Program-made: the position numbers and the translations under genes | Notes under the pieces: generated by a model | What the model was told of the DNA's origin: nothing | What the model saw: only the letters and a program-made list of their open reading frames with translations | Databases searched by the model: none | Source: Bacteroidota bacterium | GTDB taxonomy: Bacteria > Bacteroidota > Bacteroidia > Chitinophagales > LD1 | Assembly: GCA_025963485.1 (NCBI GenBank) | Contig: JAOQAO010000074.1 | Coordinates: 7,222-71,221, forward strand | Length of the DNA stretch: 64,000 bases | Direction: 5' to 3' | Part shown: piece after piece, positions 8,907-17,653 of the stretch | Position numbering within the stretch: position 1 is the first letter of the stretch | Layout of the letters: each line of letters starts with the position of its first letter

Positions 8907-9425
8907 ATGAATTATCCGAAGATCTTTGTCCCTATTGCAATGGCTGTGCTGATCATGAGTTGTGCTTTTTCGCAAAGCGGAAATAACGGCGCTGATTATG
9001 ACCACTCTAAAAACCCCTACTACTCACATACAGATAATAAGCCGCTGACCGTGACTGATGCGCAGTGGAAGAAGATATTGCCGCCTGGTGTGTATCACAT
9101 AGCGCGCGAGCAAGGCACGGAACGGGCCTTCACAGGCAAATACTGGGACAATCACGACAAGGGTACATATTACTGTGCGATCTGCGGGCATCCGCTGTAT
9201 AGTTCTGCAGCGAAGTTTGAGAGCGGGACGGGATGGCCAAGCTTCTTTCAGCCATTGACACCCGGCAGCGTGCTGGTGCATAAAGATGATGATGGTATGA
9301 GAGACGAGGTTCAGTGCCCCAGATGCCATTCCCACTTAGGCCATGTATTTGACGATGGACCTAAGCCTACCGGTTTGCGCTACTGTATGGATGGGGATGT
9401 GCTGGATTTTGAGAAGGGGAAATGA
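8907..9425 (+). CDS. msrB: Peptide-methionine (R)-S-oxide reductase MsrB with a lipoprotein-type signal peptide
   Basis: CxxC...CxxC zinc site (YYCAICG, VQCPRCHSHLGHVFDDGP) and RYCMDG. The N-terminus MNYPKIFVPIAMAVLIMSCAF resembles a lipobox. Confidence 0.9.
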   Translation: MNYPKIFVPIAMAVLIMSCAFSQSGNNGADYDHSKNPYYSHTDNKPLTVTDAQWKKILPPGVYHIAREQGTERAFTGKYWDNHDKGTYYCAICGHPLYSSAAKFESGTGWPSFFQPLTPGSVLVHKDDDGMRDEVQCPRCHSHLGHVFDDGPKPTGLRYCMDGDVLDFEKGK

Positions 9426-9437
9426 TGGCATCCATCT

Positions 9438-9480
9438 CATTCCCATAGCCCACGGTTTTAAACCGTGGGCTATGGGAATG
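9438..9480. terminator. 43-nt perfect palindrome; candidate bidirectional terminator or dispersed palindromic element
   Basis: CATTCCCATAGCCCACGGTTT-T-AAACCGTGGGCTATGGGAATG has 21-bp arms and lies between convergent msrB and yidC. A half-site-like copy AGCCCACGGATTTAAAGC is at 25301-25318. Confidence 0.55.
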
Positions 9481-9537
9481 GAGAAAACCAATGGAAAATC
9501 AACATAATAATAAAGGGACCAACTGGTCCCCTTATTA

Positions 9538-11415
9538 TTACTTTTTCTTGTTGTTGCTTCCAGCGTTCTTCTGCGCTTCTGCTTGTTTCTGGATGTCTTC
9601 CAGCTTTTTCATCAGGCCTGATTTCTTGGCAGGATTCTTTTTGTTCTCCTCGATCTTGGCGTGGAGGGCTTTTTCATCTATGAAGAACTTCTGTATAGCC
9701 CACTGCTGTGCAATGGTCAATACGTTCTGGAGGAGATAGTAGTATGTGAGGGCGGCCGGGAATCCGTTGAACATAAACATCAGCATCACTGGCATAATGT
9801 ATGGCATGTACTTCATACCTGGCTGCTGATTGCTCATACCGCTCTGTGCCTGATTGTACACGGCAGACAATATAGACGTGATGGTCATCAGTACGGTGAA
9901 AAGGCTCAGGTGGGTCTGTCCCAATATCGGCGTAGCCCATGTCATAATCGAGTCATAGCTGGAGAGGTCCGTAGCCCAGAGGAATGGCTGCTGGCGAAGC
10001 TCGATAGAGTTGGGAAAAAAGTAATACATGGACATCAGGATCGGCATCTGGAGCACCATAGGCAGGCAGCCGCCAAATGGACTCACTCCCGCCTTCTGAT
10101 AGATCTTCATCTGCTCCTGAGATATTTTGGTCTGATCGTCTCCGTATTTCTCTTTCAGCGCATCGATCTCCGGCTTGAGCACTTTCATAAATGCACCTGA
10201 CTTGATGGCTTTCCACGTGAGTGGGGTGAGCACGAGCTTGAGGAGGATAGTGAGCAGGAGGATGATGATGCCGTAGTTGAGATGGATCTTGTCGAGTACA
10301 TTAAACGTAGGGATGATGGCCCATTTGGTCACATATTTGATCCAGTTGAAAGCGAAATTATCCGGAGAGAGTTTGATGATCCCTTCGAACTGATCCCCTG
10401 ATTTTTTCAGGGTGCTATAGTGGTTTGGCCCGAAGTAGAAACTCATCGGGTAAGAAACCGATGCTGCAGGATGGTAAGGCAGGCTGAGGTTAGCTATATA
10501 TTTCTTGACGTAGCTTTTGTCATCTTTATTGAAGTCAGCATTGACAGCACCACCGAAAAGGCCTTTGCCAAAGATAGTCGCGTTGAAGAACTGCTGCTTG
10601 AATGAGATCCAGTCAGCTTTGCCTACGAATGCTTCTTTCTGCTCAGTCTTGTCCTCGTCGAGGTGGGCAGGATCATTATCTGCATAGCGATAATATAATG
10701 CAGAATACCTCCTCTCTGTCTCTACAGAGCGCTCGACATTGAGCAGGGTGCTCTTCCAGGTGATCTGTATGTCGCTGCTATTGGGCATGAGTTTGTCGAG
10801 GCCCACTACATTGACCTCATATCCTACTTTATAGTCATTGCCATGAAGGGTGTATTTCTGCTCGAAGTATTGTCCGTCTCCGGCATTGAGGCGGAATGTG
10901 ATAGTCTTCTGCTCAGAGTCTTTGACAGCAAATGACTCACCTATCGGCTGGAAATAAAGGTCTTTGGTATCGACGATCTTACTATCCGCTATGGGAAACT
11001 GGTAGCTGAAGTTCTGGCTTTTGTCCGTGAAAAGCATCAGGGGCTTTTGATCCCATGTCTTGTACTTCTTGAGTTCTACGCTCTTGATAGCGCCGCCGCG
11101 GCTGGAGATCGTGACCTTTTGAAATTCATTCTCTATGATGTAATCCCTTTCTTCGCCGTTGACCGCCGCTGCAAATGGGCCTACCTGGCTTTTGGCAGTA
11201 TTGGTATCTACCGGGAGATCCGAGGGCTTGGGATTGGCAGGGCCTGCCTCCGGAGCGTGCTCGGGAGTGTGGGCAGCGCTGTCTCCCAGTGCGACCTGAG
11301 ATGTTTCTGTTTTTGCCTTTGGTTTGTTTTTATCACCTTGACCTCCGAAATAAAGTAACCCGAAAACCAATAGTCCGAGCAGTAAAGTCCCAATGAGTGT
11401 GTTCTTATTATCCAT
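9538..11415 (-). CDS. yidC: Membrane protein insertase YidC
   Basis: 625 aa with the long Bacteroidota-type periplasmic domain and a conserved C-terminal core (PFGGCLPMVLQMPILMSMYYFF...LTYYYLLQNVLTIAQQ). Confidence 0.9.
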   Translation of the reverse strand: MDNKNTLIGTLLLGLLVFGLLYFGGQGDKNKPKAKTETSQVALGDSAAHTPEHAPEAGPANPKPSDLPVDTNTAKSQVGPFAAAVNGEERDYIIENEFQKVTISSRGGAIKSVELKKYKTWDQKPLMLFTDKSQNFSYQFPIADSKIVDTKDLYFQPIGESFAVKDSEQKTITFRLNAGDGQYFEQKYTLHGNDYKVGYEVNVVGLDKLMPNSSDIQITWKSTLLNVERSVETERRYSALYYRYADNDPAHLDEDKTEQKEAFVGKADWISFKQQFFNATIFGKGLFGGAVNADFNKDDKSYVKKYIANLSLPYHPAASVSYPMSFYFGPNHYSTLKKSGDQFEGIIKLSPDNFAFNWIKYVTKWAIIPTFNVLDKIHLNYGIIILLLTILLKLVLTPLTWKAIKSGAFMKVLKPEIDALKEKYGDDQTKISQEQMKIYQKAGVSPFGGCLPMVLQMPILMSMYYFFPNSIELRQQPFLWATDLSSYDSIMTWATPILGQTHLSLFTVLMTITSILSAVYNQAQSGMSNQQPGMKYMPYIMPVMLMFMFNGFPAALTYYYLLQNVLTIAQQWAIQKFFIDEKALHAKIEENKKNPAKKSGLMKKLEDIQKQAEAQKNAGSNNKKK

Positions 11416-11446
11416 GCGAAATGTAATACCTCCAAAAATGGAGGCG

Positions 11447-11454
11447 CAAACCTA
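11447..11454 (-). promoter_or_regulatory. Candidate -7 box TAGGTTTG for yidC
   Basis: The reverse complement is TAGGTTTG, 32 nt upstream of the ATG. The leader contains the hairpin CCTCCA-nnnn-TGGAGG (11429-11444). Confidence 0.4.
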
Positions 11455-11744
11455 GGATTTTTATTTTAAATACGGTCCGGGAGAGTGCCTTTTATATTAT
11501 GTTGGGGTTTGGGAGGGTTATTTAGTCTAGGTTGCGATTTTATGCTGGTTTGCCCGTCTATCCATATGAGAGCGTGCCAAAGTGGAGATTTAACGATGGC
11601 CATAGGCGAATCACTTGAATCTTCCGATGAATATGACAAAAAAGGAGGCTTATCACGTACTTTAAATATGGACGTTCGTTGAATTTCTTCAAACATTCAC
11701 TGGCATTTATGCGTACTATAGATTAATATCACAACCGCACTACA

Positions 11745-12206
11745 ATGATACTACATATACTATCCGACGTTTTGATCTTTGTCAGCTCCACGGTGAAATT
11801 CGCCCTGCTGACATTTACTGTCATCACTGGCAATCTGGGTATATCCGGAACCGTAGCCAATGTACTCGGAGGATTGACCGGTATTATAGTATTCACCTAT
11901 ATGGGTACATATATGCGAACGTGGGTAATCAAGACCTTTCCGGACCGTTTTGACAGGAAATTTACCAAAGGTACACGCTTCCTCGTCAAGGTAAGAAAAC
12001 ATTCGGGCCTGTTTGGCGTAGCCTTCATGACTCCGATATTCCTCTCTATACCTGTAGGCGTGATGCTGGCACTGAGCCTGACCTCTCACAAAAGAAAGAT
12101 CGTAACCAGCATGATCGTATCGTGTATGTTCTGGTCAGCGGTCATGTTCGTACCATACTATGCCTTCAGCATCAACGTCATCGGCTGGGTGAAGCATATG
12201 TTTTAA
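11745..12206 (+). CDS. Hypothetical small 4-TM membrane protein
   Basis: 153-aa ORF, hydrophobic throughout. I recognise no catalytic motif. Confidence 0.55.
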   Translation: MILHILSDVLIFVSSTVKFALLTFTVITGNLGISGTVANVLGGLTGIIVFTYMGTYMRTWVIKTFPDRFDRKFTKGTRFLVKVRKHSGLFGVAFMTPIFLSIPVGVMLALSLTSHKRKIVTSMIVSCMFWSAVMFVPYYAFSINVIGWVKHMF

Positions 12207-12207
12207 A

Positions 12208-12249
12208 TCTGGTGGCAGTTGTTAGTTGACTGTTGGCTGGGAATACAAT
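12208..12249 (+). repeat. G/T-rich low-complexity tract plus GGGAATACAAT box
   Basis: TCTGGTGGCAGTTGTTAGTTGACTGTTGGCTGGGAATACAAT starts 2 nt after the stop and fills the convergent intergenic gap. Confidence 0.6.
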
Positions 12250-12254
12250 ACTCA

Positions 12255-13214
12255 TTAATTTTTAAAGGGAACTTCTCCGACGAGATATCTTCCGTCGAGG
12301 TCATTCCATTCGCATAGCGGTGATAACGCCTCTGCTGCGGTGCAGCCTATCTCTGACTCAGACATACAGCCGATGAGAAGCTTTAGGGTTTTAGCCTTTG
12401 CCAGTCTGATGATACGGTATGCTTCTATCAATCCACCACATTTTTGCAGTTTGATATTGATGCCTGAATAGGCCATGTCAATGCGTTCTACATCGCGGTA
12501 ATTCTGACAAGCTTCGTCTGCTATGATGGGGATGCCGATCGTTTTTTTGAGCTGCATTGTGTTTATGACATCATCGCGGTGAAAAGGTTGCTCGATCAGC
12601 AGGCAACCGAGAGATACCAACTCATTTGCCAATACTATACTATCATTGATATCTGTCCAGGACTGGTTAGCGTCTACTGCAAATGGCGCATCACTCAGGC
12701 AACGAAAATCCTCCAGCATCCGTTTATCATCTGTACCGTTGAATTTAAGCTTGAAGGTGCTAAAGCCGTGTTCTTTGCCGAAGGCGATACGCTCTGCCAT
12801 TTCCACTTTGTCACAGACTGATATTGTGTAAGTGCGGATCGCGGTGTCGGGTTTGTCGATGCCTAAGAGGCTGCCAATTGTGGTGCCTTTAATCTTCGCT
12901 TCCAGTGTCCATAGTGCCATGTCTAATGCTGCCATAGCGGGTGCTTCCATCGTGGATGGCATAATGCCAAGTGCTGGCAGGAGCTCGTTTGTTTGATATG
13001 GAAAGGAAACTCGAGACAGGTCAAATTTGGATAAGTTAGCAATAGTCGATTCCTGCGTATATGGCAGATATGGTGGCAAAGTAGATACGCCGAATGTGCG
13101 GATGCCATCGAGCTCAAGCTCGACGAAGACCGCGTCGGTATGTGTGCGGACACCATGGGCAATGCGAAAAGGGAAGACGAACTCGAGTCGATATGGGTGG
13201 AGGGTGATATTCAC
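12255..13214 (-). CDS. Enolase-superfamily dipeptide epimerase (L-Ala-D/L-Glu epimerase-like)
   Basis: 319 aa with KxK (TFKLKF), metal ligands in DANQSW / IEQP / ADE, and a second catalytic Lys in KLQKCGG. Confidence 0.8.
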   Translation of the reverse strand: MNITLHPYRLEFVFPFRIAHGVRTHTDAVFVELELDGIRTFGVSTLPPYLPYTQESTIANLSKFDLSRVSFPYQTNELLPALGIMPSTMEAPAMAALDMALWTLEAKIKGTTIGSLLGIDKPDTAIRTYTISVCDKVEMAERIAFGKEHGFSTFKLKFNGTDDKRMLEDFRCLSDAPFAVDANQSWTDINDSIVLANELVSLGCLLIEQPFHRDDVINTMQLKKTIGIPIIADEACQNYRDVERIDMAYSGINIKLQKCGGLIEAYRIIRLAKAKTLKLLIGCMSESEIGCTAAEALSPLCEWNDLDGRYLVGEVPFKN

Positions 13215-13245
13215 GATGGCAAATTAATACAAGTATCACAGATTA

Positions 13246-13278
13246 GATTTGACAACTTTTAAAAAGTTGTCAAATCTG
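13246..13278. promoter_or_regulatory. Perfect 16-bp inverted repeat in a divergent promoter region
   Basis: AGATTTGACAACTTTT-A-AAAAGTTGTCAAATCT. The left arm with the preceding T reads TAGATTTG (TAnnTTTG). Confidence 0.5.
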
Positions 13279-13346
13279 TAGCCAAGACCGAGGGAAACAA
13301 ATCCCCAATTTTAGGCCTGTAATACCAAAAAAATGATACTTTTGGT

Positions 13347-13354
13347 CAGTTTTG
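13347..13354 (+). promoter_or_regulatory. Candidate -7 box TACTTTTG for lpxC/fabZ
   Basis: GATACTTTTG lies 12 nt upstream of the ATG at 13366. Confidence 0.4.
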
Positions 13355-13365
13355 AAAAATCGTGA

Positions 13366-14784
13366 ATGAATTCATTTCAGCAAACCATTAAACAGACCTT
13401 CACCGTGAGTGGCGTCGGCCTCCATACGGGACAGGTAGTGACCCTGACCTTCCATCCGGCAGCAGCCAATCATGGCGTCAAATTTCAACGTGTAGACCTG
13501 CCTGAGAAACCGATCATACCGGCCGATTGCGACCTGGTGACATCTGTGGACCGTGGTACGACACTGGAGAAAAACGGTGTCAAGATAGCCACCGTAGAGC
13601 ACCTGATGGCTGCACTCGTAGGACTGCAAGTAGATAACGTGCTGATAGAAATGGATGGAACCGAGATCCCTATACTAGATGGCAGCTCGGAGCCATTCAT
13701 CGACGCATTGGAGAAAGGTGGTGTACAGGAGCAGTCGGAACACAGGGATGTGTTTGAACTGCGGACGACGCTCAACTTTATCGATAAAGAAAATGGCGTG
13801 GAGATACTCGCTATGCCGAGCGACCACTATCGCGTGACCACGATGGTCGACTACAAGTCCGAAGTACTCGGCCAGCAGCACGCTACGCTGAACCGGGTGG
13901 CGGAGTTTAAAAAAGAGATCGCATCGGCCCGTACATTCTGCTTCCTGCATGAGTTGGAGGTGCTGTACGACGCAGGCCTGATCAAAGGCGGCGATGTCAA
14001 TAACGCGATTGTCATCGTAGACAAACCTGTCAGCGACCAGCAGAAAGCGAAACTGCAATTGCTGTTCAATAAGCCGGACATCACAGTGGTGGAAGAAGGC
14101 ATCCTCAATAATGTGAAGTTGCGTCATCCCAATGAGCCGGCGCGTCATAAGCTGCTCGACGTAGTAGGCGACCTCGGCCTCGTAGGGACTCCGGTCAATG
14201 CGAACATCATCGCTACAAGGCCGGGGCATAAGTCTAATATAGAATTTGCAAAGAAACTAAAGGCCTTCATCAGGAAGACCCGTCAGCATGACAACTCACC
14301 TGAGTACGATCCGAGTAAGCCGCCGGTGTATGACTCAGAAGGGATCAAGAAGCTACTCCCCCACCGTTATCCGTTTCTGCTGATCGATAAGATCATCTAT
14401 GTAGATAAGAAGATGGTGGTCGGTGTGAAGAATGTGACGATCAATGAAGAGTTCTTCAACGGGCACTTCCCCGGCAATCCGGTGATGCCGGGTGTGCTTC
14501 AGATCGAAGCTATGGCACAGACAGGCGGTATACTGGTTCTGCAGGAGATGCCCAATCCGGAAGACTTTGATACCTACTTCCTCAAGATAGACAAGGCCAA
14601 ATTCAAGCACAAGGTAGTGCCGGGTGATACGATCATCTTTAAGCTGGAGCTCCTCTCCCCTGTTCGTCGCGGGCTGGTGGAGATGAAAGGTAGCGCATAC
14701 GTGGGCAATAAGCTCGTGGCTGAGGCCGAACTGATGGCCCAAATCGTGGATCGCAAAAAGCTGGCGGCAAAACTTGAACATTAA
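13366..14784 (+). CDS. lpxC/fabZ: Bifunctional UDP-3-O-acyl-GlcNAc deacetylase / 3-hydroxyacyl-ACP dehydratase
   Basis: 472 aa. The N-terminal LpxC part has TVSGVGLHTG...TTLEKNGVKIATVEHL, and the C-terminal FabZ hot-dog part has LPHRYPFLLIDKI...FFNGHFPGNPVMPGVLQIEAMAQ. Confidence 0.92.
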   Translation: MNSFQQTIKQTFTVSGVGLHTGQVVTLTFHPAAANHGVKFQRVDLPEKPIIPADCDLVTSVDRGTTLEKNGVKIATVEHLMAALVGLQVDNVLIEMDGTEIPILDGSSEPFIDALEKGGVQEQSEHRDVFELRTTLNFIDKENGVEILAMPSDHYRVTTMVDYKSEVLGQQHATLNRVAEFKKEIASARTFCFLHELEVLYDAGLIKGGDVNNAIVIVDKPVSDQQKAKLQLLFNKPDITVVEEGILNNVKLRHPNEPARHKLLDVVGDLGLVGTPVNANIIATRPGHKSNIEFAKKLKAFIRKTRQHDNSPEYDPSKPPVYDSEGIKKLLPHRYPFLLIDKIIYVDKKMVVGVKNVTINEEFFNGHFPGNPVMPGVLQIEAMAQTGGILVLQEMPNPEDFDTYFLKIDKAKFKHKVVPGDTIIFKLELLSPVRRGLVEMKGSAYVGNKLVAEAELMAQIVDRKKLAAKLEH

Positions 14785-14816
14785 TCTGAAATAAAATCAC
14801 TCAGGTGGCGTTTACA

Positions 14817-14845
14817 TCCGAAATCCACCATCCGAAATCCGAAAT
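14817..14845 (+). repeat. CCGAAATCC heptad tract
   Basis: TCCGAAATCCACCATCCGAAATCCGAAAT ends 3 nt before the lpxA ATG. Confidence 0.7.
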
Positions 14846-14848
14846 AGC

Positions 14849-15640
14849 ATGAATCAACCCTTCTCCTATATACACCCGAGTGCCAAACTGGCGGAGAGCG
14901 TCATCGTAGAGCCCTTTGTGAGTATCAGCAAGGATGTGGAGATCGGCGAAGGGACCTGGATCGGGCCGCACGTGACCATACTGGAGGGTGCGCGGATCGG
15001 GAAGAACTGTAAGATATTCCCCGGAGCGGTCATCTCTGCGGTGCCTCAGGACCTGAAATACAAAGGCGAAAAATCAGTCGTAGAGATCGGTGACAACGTG
15101 GTGATACGCGAGTACGTGACGGTCAATAAAGGTACCGAGTACTCCATGACCACTAAGATCGGCAACAACTCTATGCTCATGGCATACGTGCACGTAGCGC
15201 ATGACTGCATCATCGGTGATAACTGTATCCTCGCTAACAATACCAACCTCGCAGGACATATCGTGATAGAAGACTTCGCCATATTGGGCGGGGCCTGCAA
15301 TATCCAGCAGTTCGTCAAGATAGGACGCCATGCGATCCTGTCTGGTGGTAGCCTGGTCAATAAAGACATACCGCCATTCGTGCGTGCGGCGAGGCATCCA
15401 TCGTCGTATGCGGGCGTCAACTCTATAGGTCTCCGCCGCAGGGGCTTCACTACGGAACAGATCAATCATATCCTCGATATATACCGTATCATCTACGTGC
15501 GCGGGCTGAACGTATCCAACGCGCTGAAGCTCGTGGAGACAGAGATCGGCGACAGCCCGGAGAAAGATGAGATCGTGACCTTCATCCGCGAGTCGGTGCG
15601 GGGCATCATGAAAGGCTTCAACAGCAAGTATGAAGATTGA
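14849..15640 (+). CDS. lpxA: Acyl-ACP--UDP-GlcNAc O-acyltransferase
   Basis: 263 aa with left-handed beta-helix hexapeptide repeats and an LpxA-type C-terminal helical domain. Confidence 0.92.
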   Translation: MNQPFSYIHPSAKLAESVIVEPFVSISKDVEIGEGTWIGPHVTILEGARIGKNCKIFPGAVISAVPQDLKYKGEKSVVEIGDNVVIREYVTVNKGTEYSMTTKIGNNSMLMAYVHVAHDCIIGDNCILANNTNLAGHIVIEDFAILGGACNIQQFVKIGRHAILSGGSLVNKDIPPFVRAARHPSSYAGVNSIGLRRRGFTTEQINHILDIYRIIYVRGLNVSNALKLVETEIGDSPEKDEIVTFIRESVRGIMKGFNSKYED

Positions 15641-16226
15641 CCTCGACAAAGTATCAAAGAAATACGGCAGCCAATGGATATTCAGAGGCGTCTCGGCGAG
15701 CTTTGAGTCAGGAGGTATCTATGCGATCACAGGGGCCAATGGTTCGGGCAAAAGCACCCTGCTCAAAATAGTATCAGGCATCATCACGCCCAATGAGGGT
15801 AAGGTCACGTACGCTGCAAACAGCGCTGCTATTCCTGTCGAAGACATTTACAAATATCTTAGTTATAGCGCTCCCTATCTCGACCTCCCGGAGGAACTGA
15901 CCATCGCAGAGATGATCGCTTTCCATGCGGGTATGAAGAGCCTGCACGGCATCACTGCTACTGAACTCCTCAAAGTAATAGACATCCCTGCAGGTAAAGA
16001 GATACGCGACTGCTCGTCCGGCATGAAGCAGCGCGTCAAGTTCGCGCTGGCCTACTATACGCAGAGTGATATACTCCTGCTCGATGAGCCTACGGCCAAC
16101 ATGGATCATCACTGGCGGGATTGGACGTTATCACTCGTAAGGGCTGATGCTCAAAAGCGCATTATTATCATCTGCTCTAATGAGGAATATGAGTATGATT
16201 TTGCGCAAGTCCTTGTGTCTTTGTAA
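15630..16226 (+). CDS. ABC transporter ATP-binding protein (no adjacent permease)
   Basis: Walker A GANGSGKST, signature SSGMKQR and Walker B ILLLDEP. It overlaps the lpxA end by 11 nt. Confidence 0.85.
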   Translation: MKIDLDKVSKKYGSQWIFRGVSASFESGGIYAITGANGSGKSTLLKIVSGIITPNEGKVTYAANSAAIPVEDIYKYLSYSAPYLDLPEELTIAEMIAFHAGMKSLHGITATELLKVIDIPAGKEIRDCSSGMKQRVKFALAYYTQSDILLLDEPTANMDHHWRDWTLSLVRADAQKRIIIICSNEEYEYDFAQVLVSL

Positions 16227-16269
16227 TTATCTTCTTTTAATATCTTTATCGAAGATCAAACAACTAGCT

Positions 16270-17085
16270 ATGAAAAACGGTTTATTATTCCTTTTTATAT
16301 CTCTTGCTTTTACAACTTTTGGTCAAAAGCACAAATCAAAAATCAGCACTTCAGATTTTGATATTCAGGCTTTCAACAGTAAAGTGGAAGTAGCTGAATG
16401 GCTGGAGAAATATGATTATGTAGCATGGCATACCTCAGATAGTGTTTCCGCCTCAACAGAAGAAGAAAAGGCACGTCTGGGAAGGGAGTGGTTTTGCTAT
16501 CAAGATGATCAGAATACCTGGCACGCTGTTTACGGGAAATTTGACGGGACTGATTTTGATCTTGTTTTCCATTATCATTTAGACGACAAATATCATATTC
16601 ATCGCGTATATGACAAAGTAGATACTTCCTTGCTGAATGGTTATTCACGCGCATTAAATACTGCTAACAACATTCTTAAACCGCTTCGTGATACTGTCAA
16701 GGTACACATGAACCAATTCATAAGAAAAAATTCAGACAATACATTTGCAGTTTGGATATTCCCCTCGTTTCAACCAAATTCTACAGCCGTATATGGAGGT
16801 GAATTCATCTACACCATAGATGGATCAGGCAGTAAGTTATTGAAGGATGACAGTTATTTCCAGGGTAACTTCCGAGGTTTTAAGGTAGGTGAGCCAAGAG
16901 ATATCTGGCTGAACTACCGGGAACTGGATAAACCATCGCTTGGCGGTATATTCTTCGTGATCTATTACCAGAAATATTTCACCAAAATATACCTGGACAA
17001 TAAAGACTTCGCTACGACTTTAATAAAGGATGATAACGGCAAGTTTTCCTGGATGCATGCTCAGAAAGACATCAAAAAGAAGTAA
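16270..17085 (+). CDS. Hypothetical secreted protein
   Basis: ORF 16147..17085 with a likely start at MKNGLLFLFISLAFTTFGQ (signal peptide). The gene is A+T-rich and I recognise no motif. Confidence 0.6.
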   Translation: MKNGLLFLFISLAFTTFGQKHKSKISTSDFDIQAFNSKVEVAEWLEKYDYVAWHTSDSVSASTEEEKARLGREWFCYQDDQNTWHAVYGKFDGTDFDLVFHYHLDDKYHIHRVYDKVDTSLLNGYSRALNTANNILKPLRDTVKVHMNQFIRKNSDNTFAVWIFPSFQPNSTAVYGGEFIYTIDGSGSKLLKDDSYFQGNFRGFKVGEPRDIWLNYRELDKPSLGGIFFVIYYQKYFTKIYLDNKDFATTLIKDDNGKFSWMHAQKDIKKK

Positions 17086-17089
17086 AGAC

Positions 17090-17620
17090 TTATAGGCTTA
17101 TCTGCCGGACAATCTCCCACAGCACCACCCCCACCGACACCGATATATTCAGCGAGTGCTTGGTGCCGAACTGGGGGATCTCGATGACAATATCCGATGC
17201 GCTGACGATGGACTGGTCGACGCCGTCGACCTCGTTGCCGAAGATGAGAGCTAGTTTGTCGGTGCCGTTGTAGTTCAGGTCGTTTAGCATGGTGGCGTTT
17301 TCTGCTTGTTCGATGGCCGCGATCTTGTATCCCCTCTCTTTGAGTGCAGCGACGGCCTCTGCAGTGGTCTCGAAGTACTGCCAGGCGACGGTCTCTGTGG
17401 CGCCGAGGGCTGACTTGTGGATGTCGCGGTGTGGTGGTGTGCCGGTGATACCGCAGAGGTAGATGGCCTCTATAAGAAAGGCATCTGCTGTGCGGAATAC
17501 GGAGCCGACATTGAGATGCGAGCGGACATTATCCAGTATGATGATGACGGGTGTTTTGGTACGGACCTGAAACTCCTCAGGTGTGAGGCGGGGGAGTTCG
17601 GAATTTTGGAGTTTGCGCAT
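17090..17620 (-). CDS. SpoU/TrmH-family RNA 2'-O-methyltransferase
   Basis: 176 aa with LIFGNEVDGV and IPQFGTKHSLNISVSVGVVLWE (SPOUT knot motifs). Confidence 0.85.
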   Translation of the reverse strand: MRKLQNSELPRLTPEEFQVRTKTPVIIILDNVRSHLNVGSVFRTADAFLIEAIYLCGITGTPPHRDIHKSALGATETVAWQYFETTAEAVAALKERGYKIAAIEQAENATMLNDLNYNGTDKLALIFGNEVDGVDQSIVSASDIVIEIPQFGTKHSLNISVSVGVVLWEIVRQISL

Positions 17621-17653
17621 GAATTAGACGGGAGATATGAGATAAATACAACT

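Noticed and set aside
11416-11744. 330-bp non-coding gap upstream of yidC with small ORFs (11466..11696, 11485..11682); possible ncRNA or riboswitch
   Set aside because: I looked for RNase P, SRP, tmRNA, 6S and common riboswitch core motifs and recognised none. The small ORFs overlap on opposite strands and lack features. I leave it unannotated apart from a candidate -7 box and a short leader hairpin.
13675-14229. 184-aa antisense ORF within lpxC/fabZ; similar cases at 15074..15649 (lpxA) and 60513..61184 (KS)
   Set aside because: Each lies opposite a highly confident conserved gene and has no motifs. They are artefacts of G+C-rich coding sequence.
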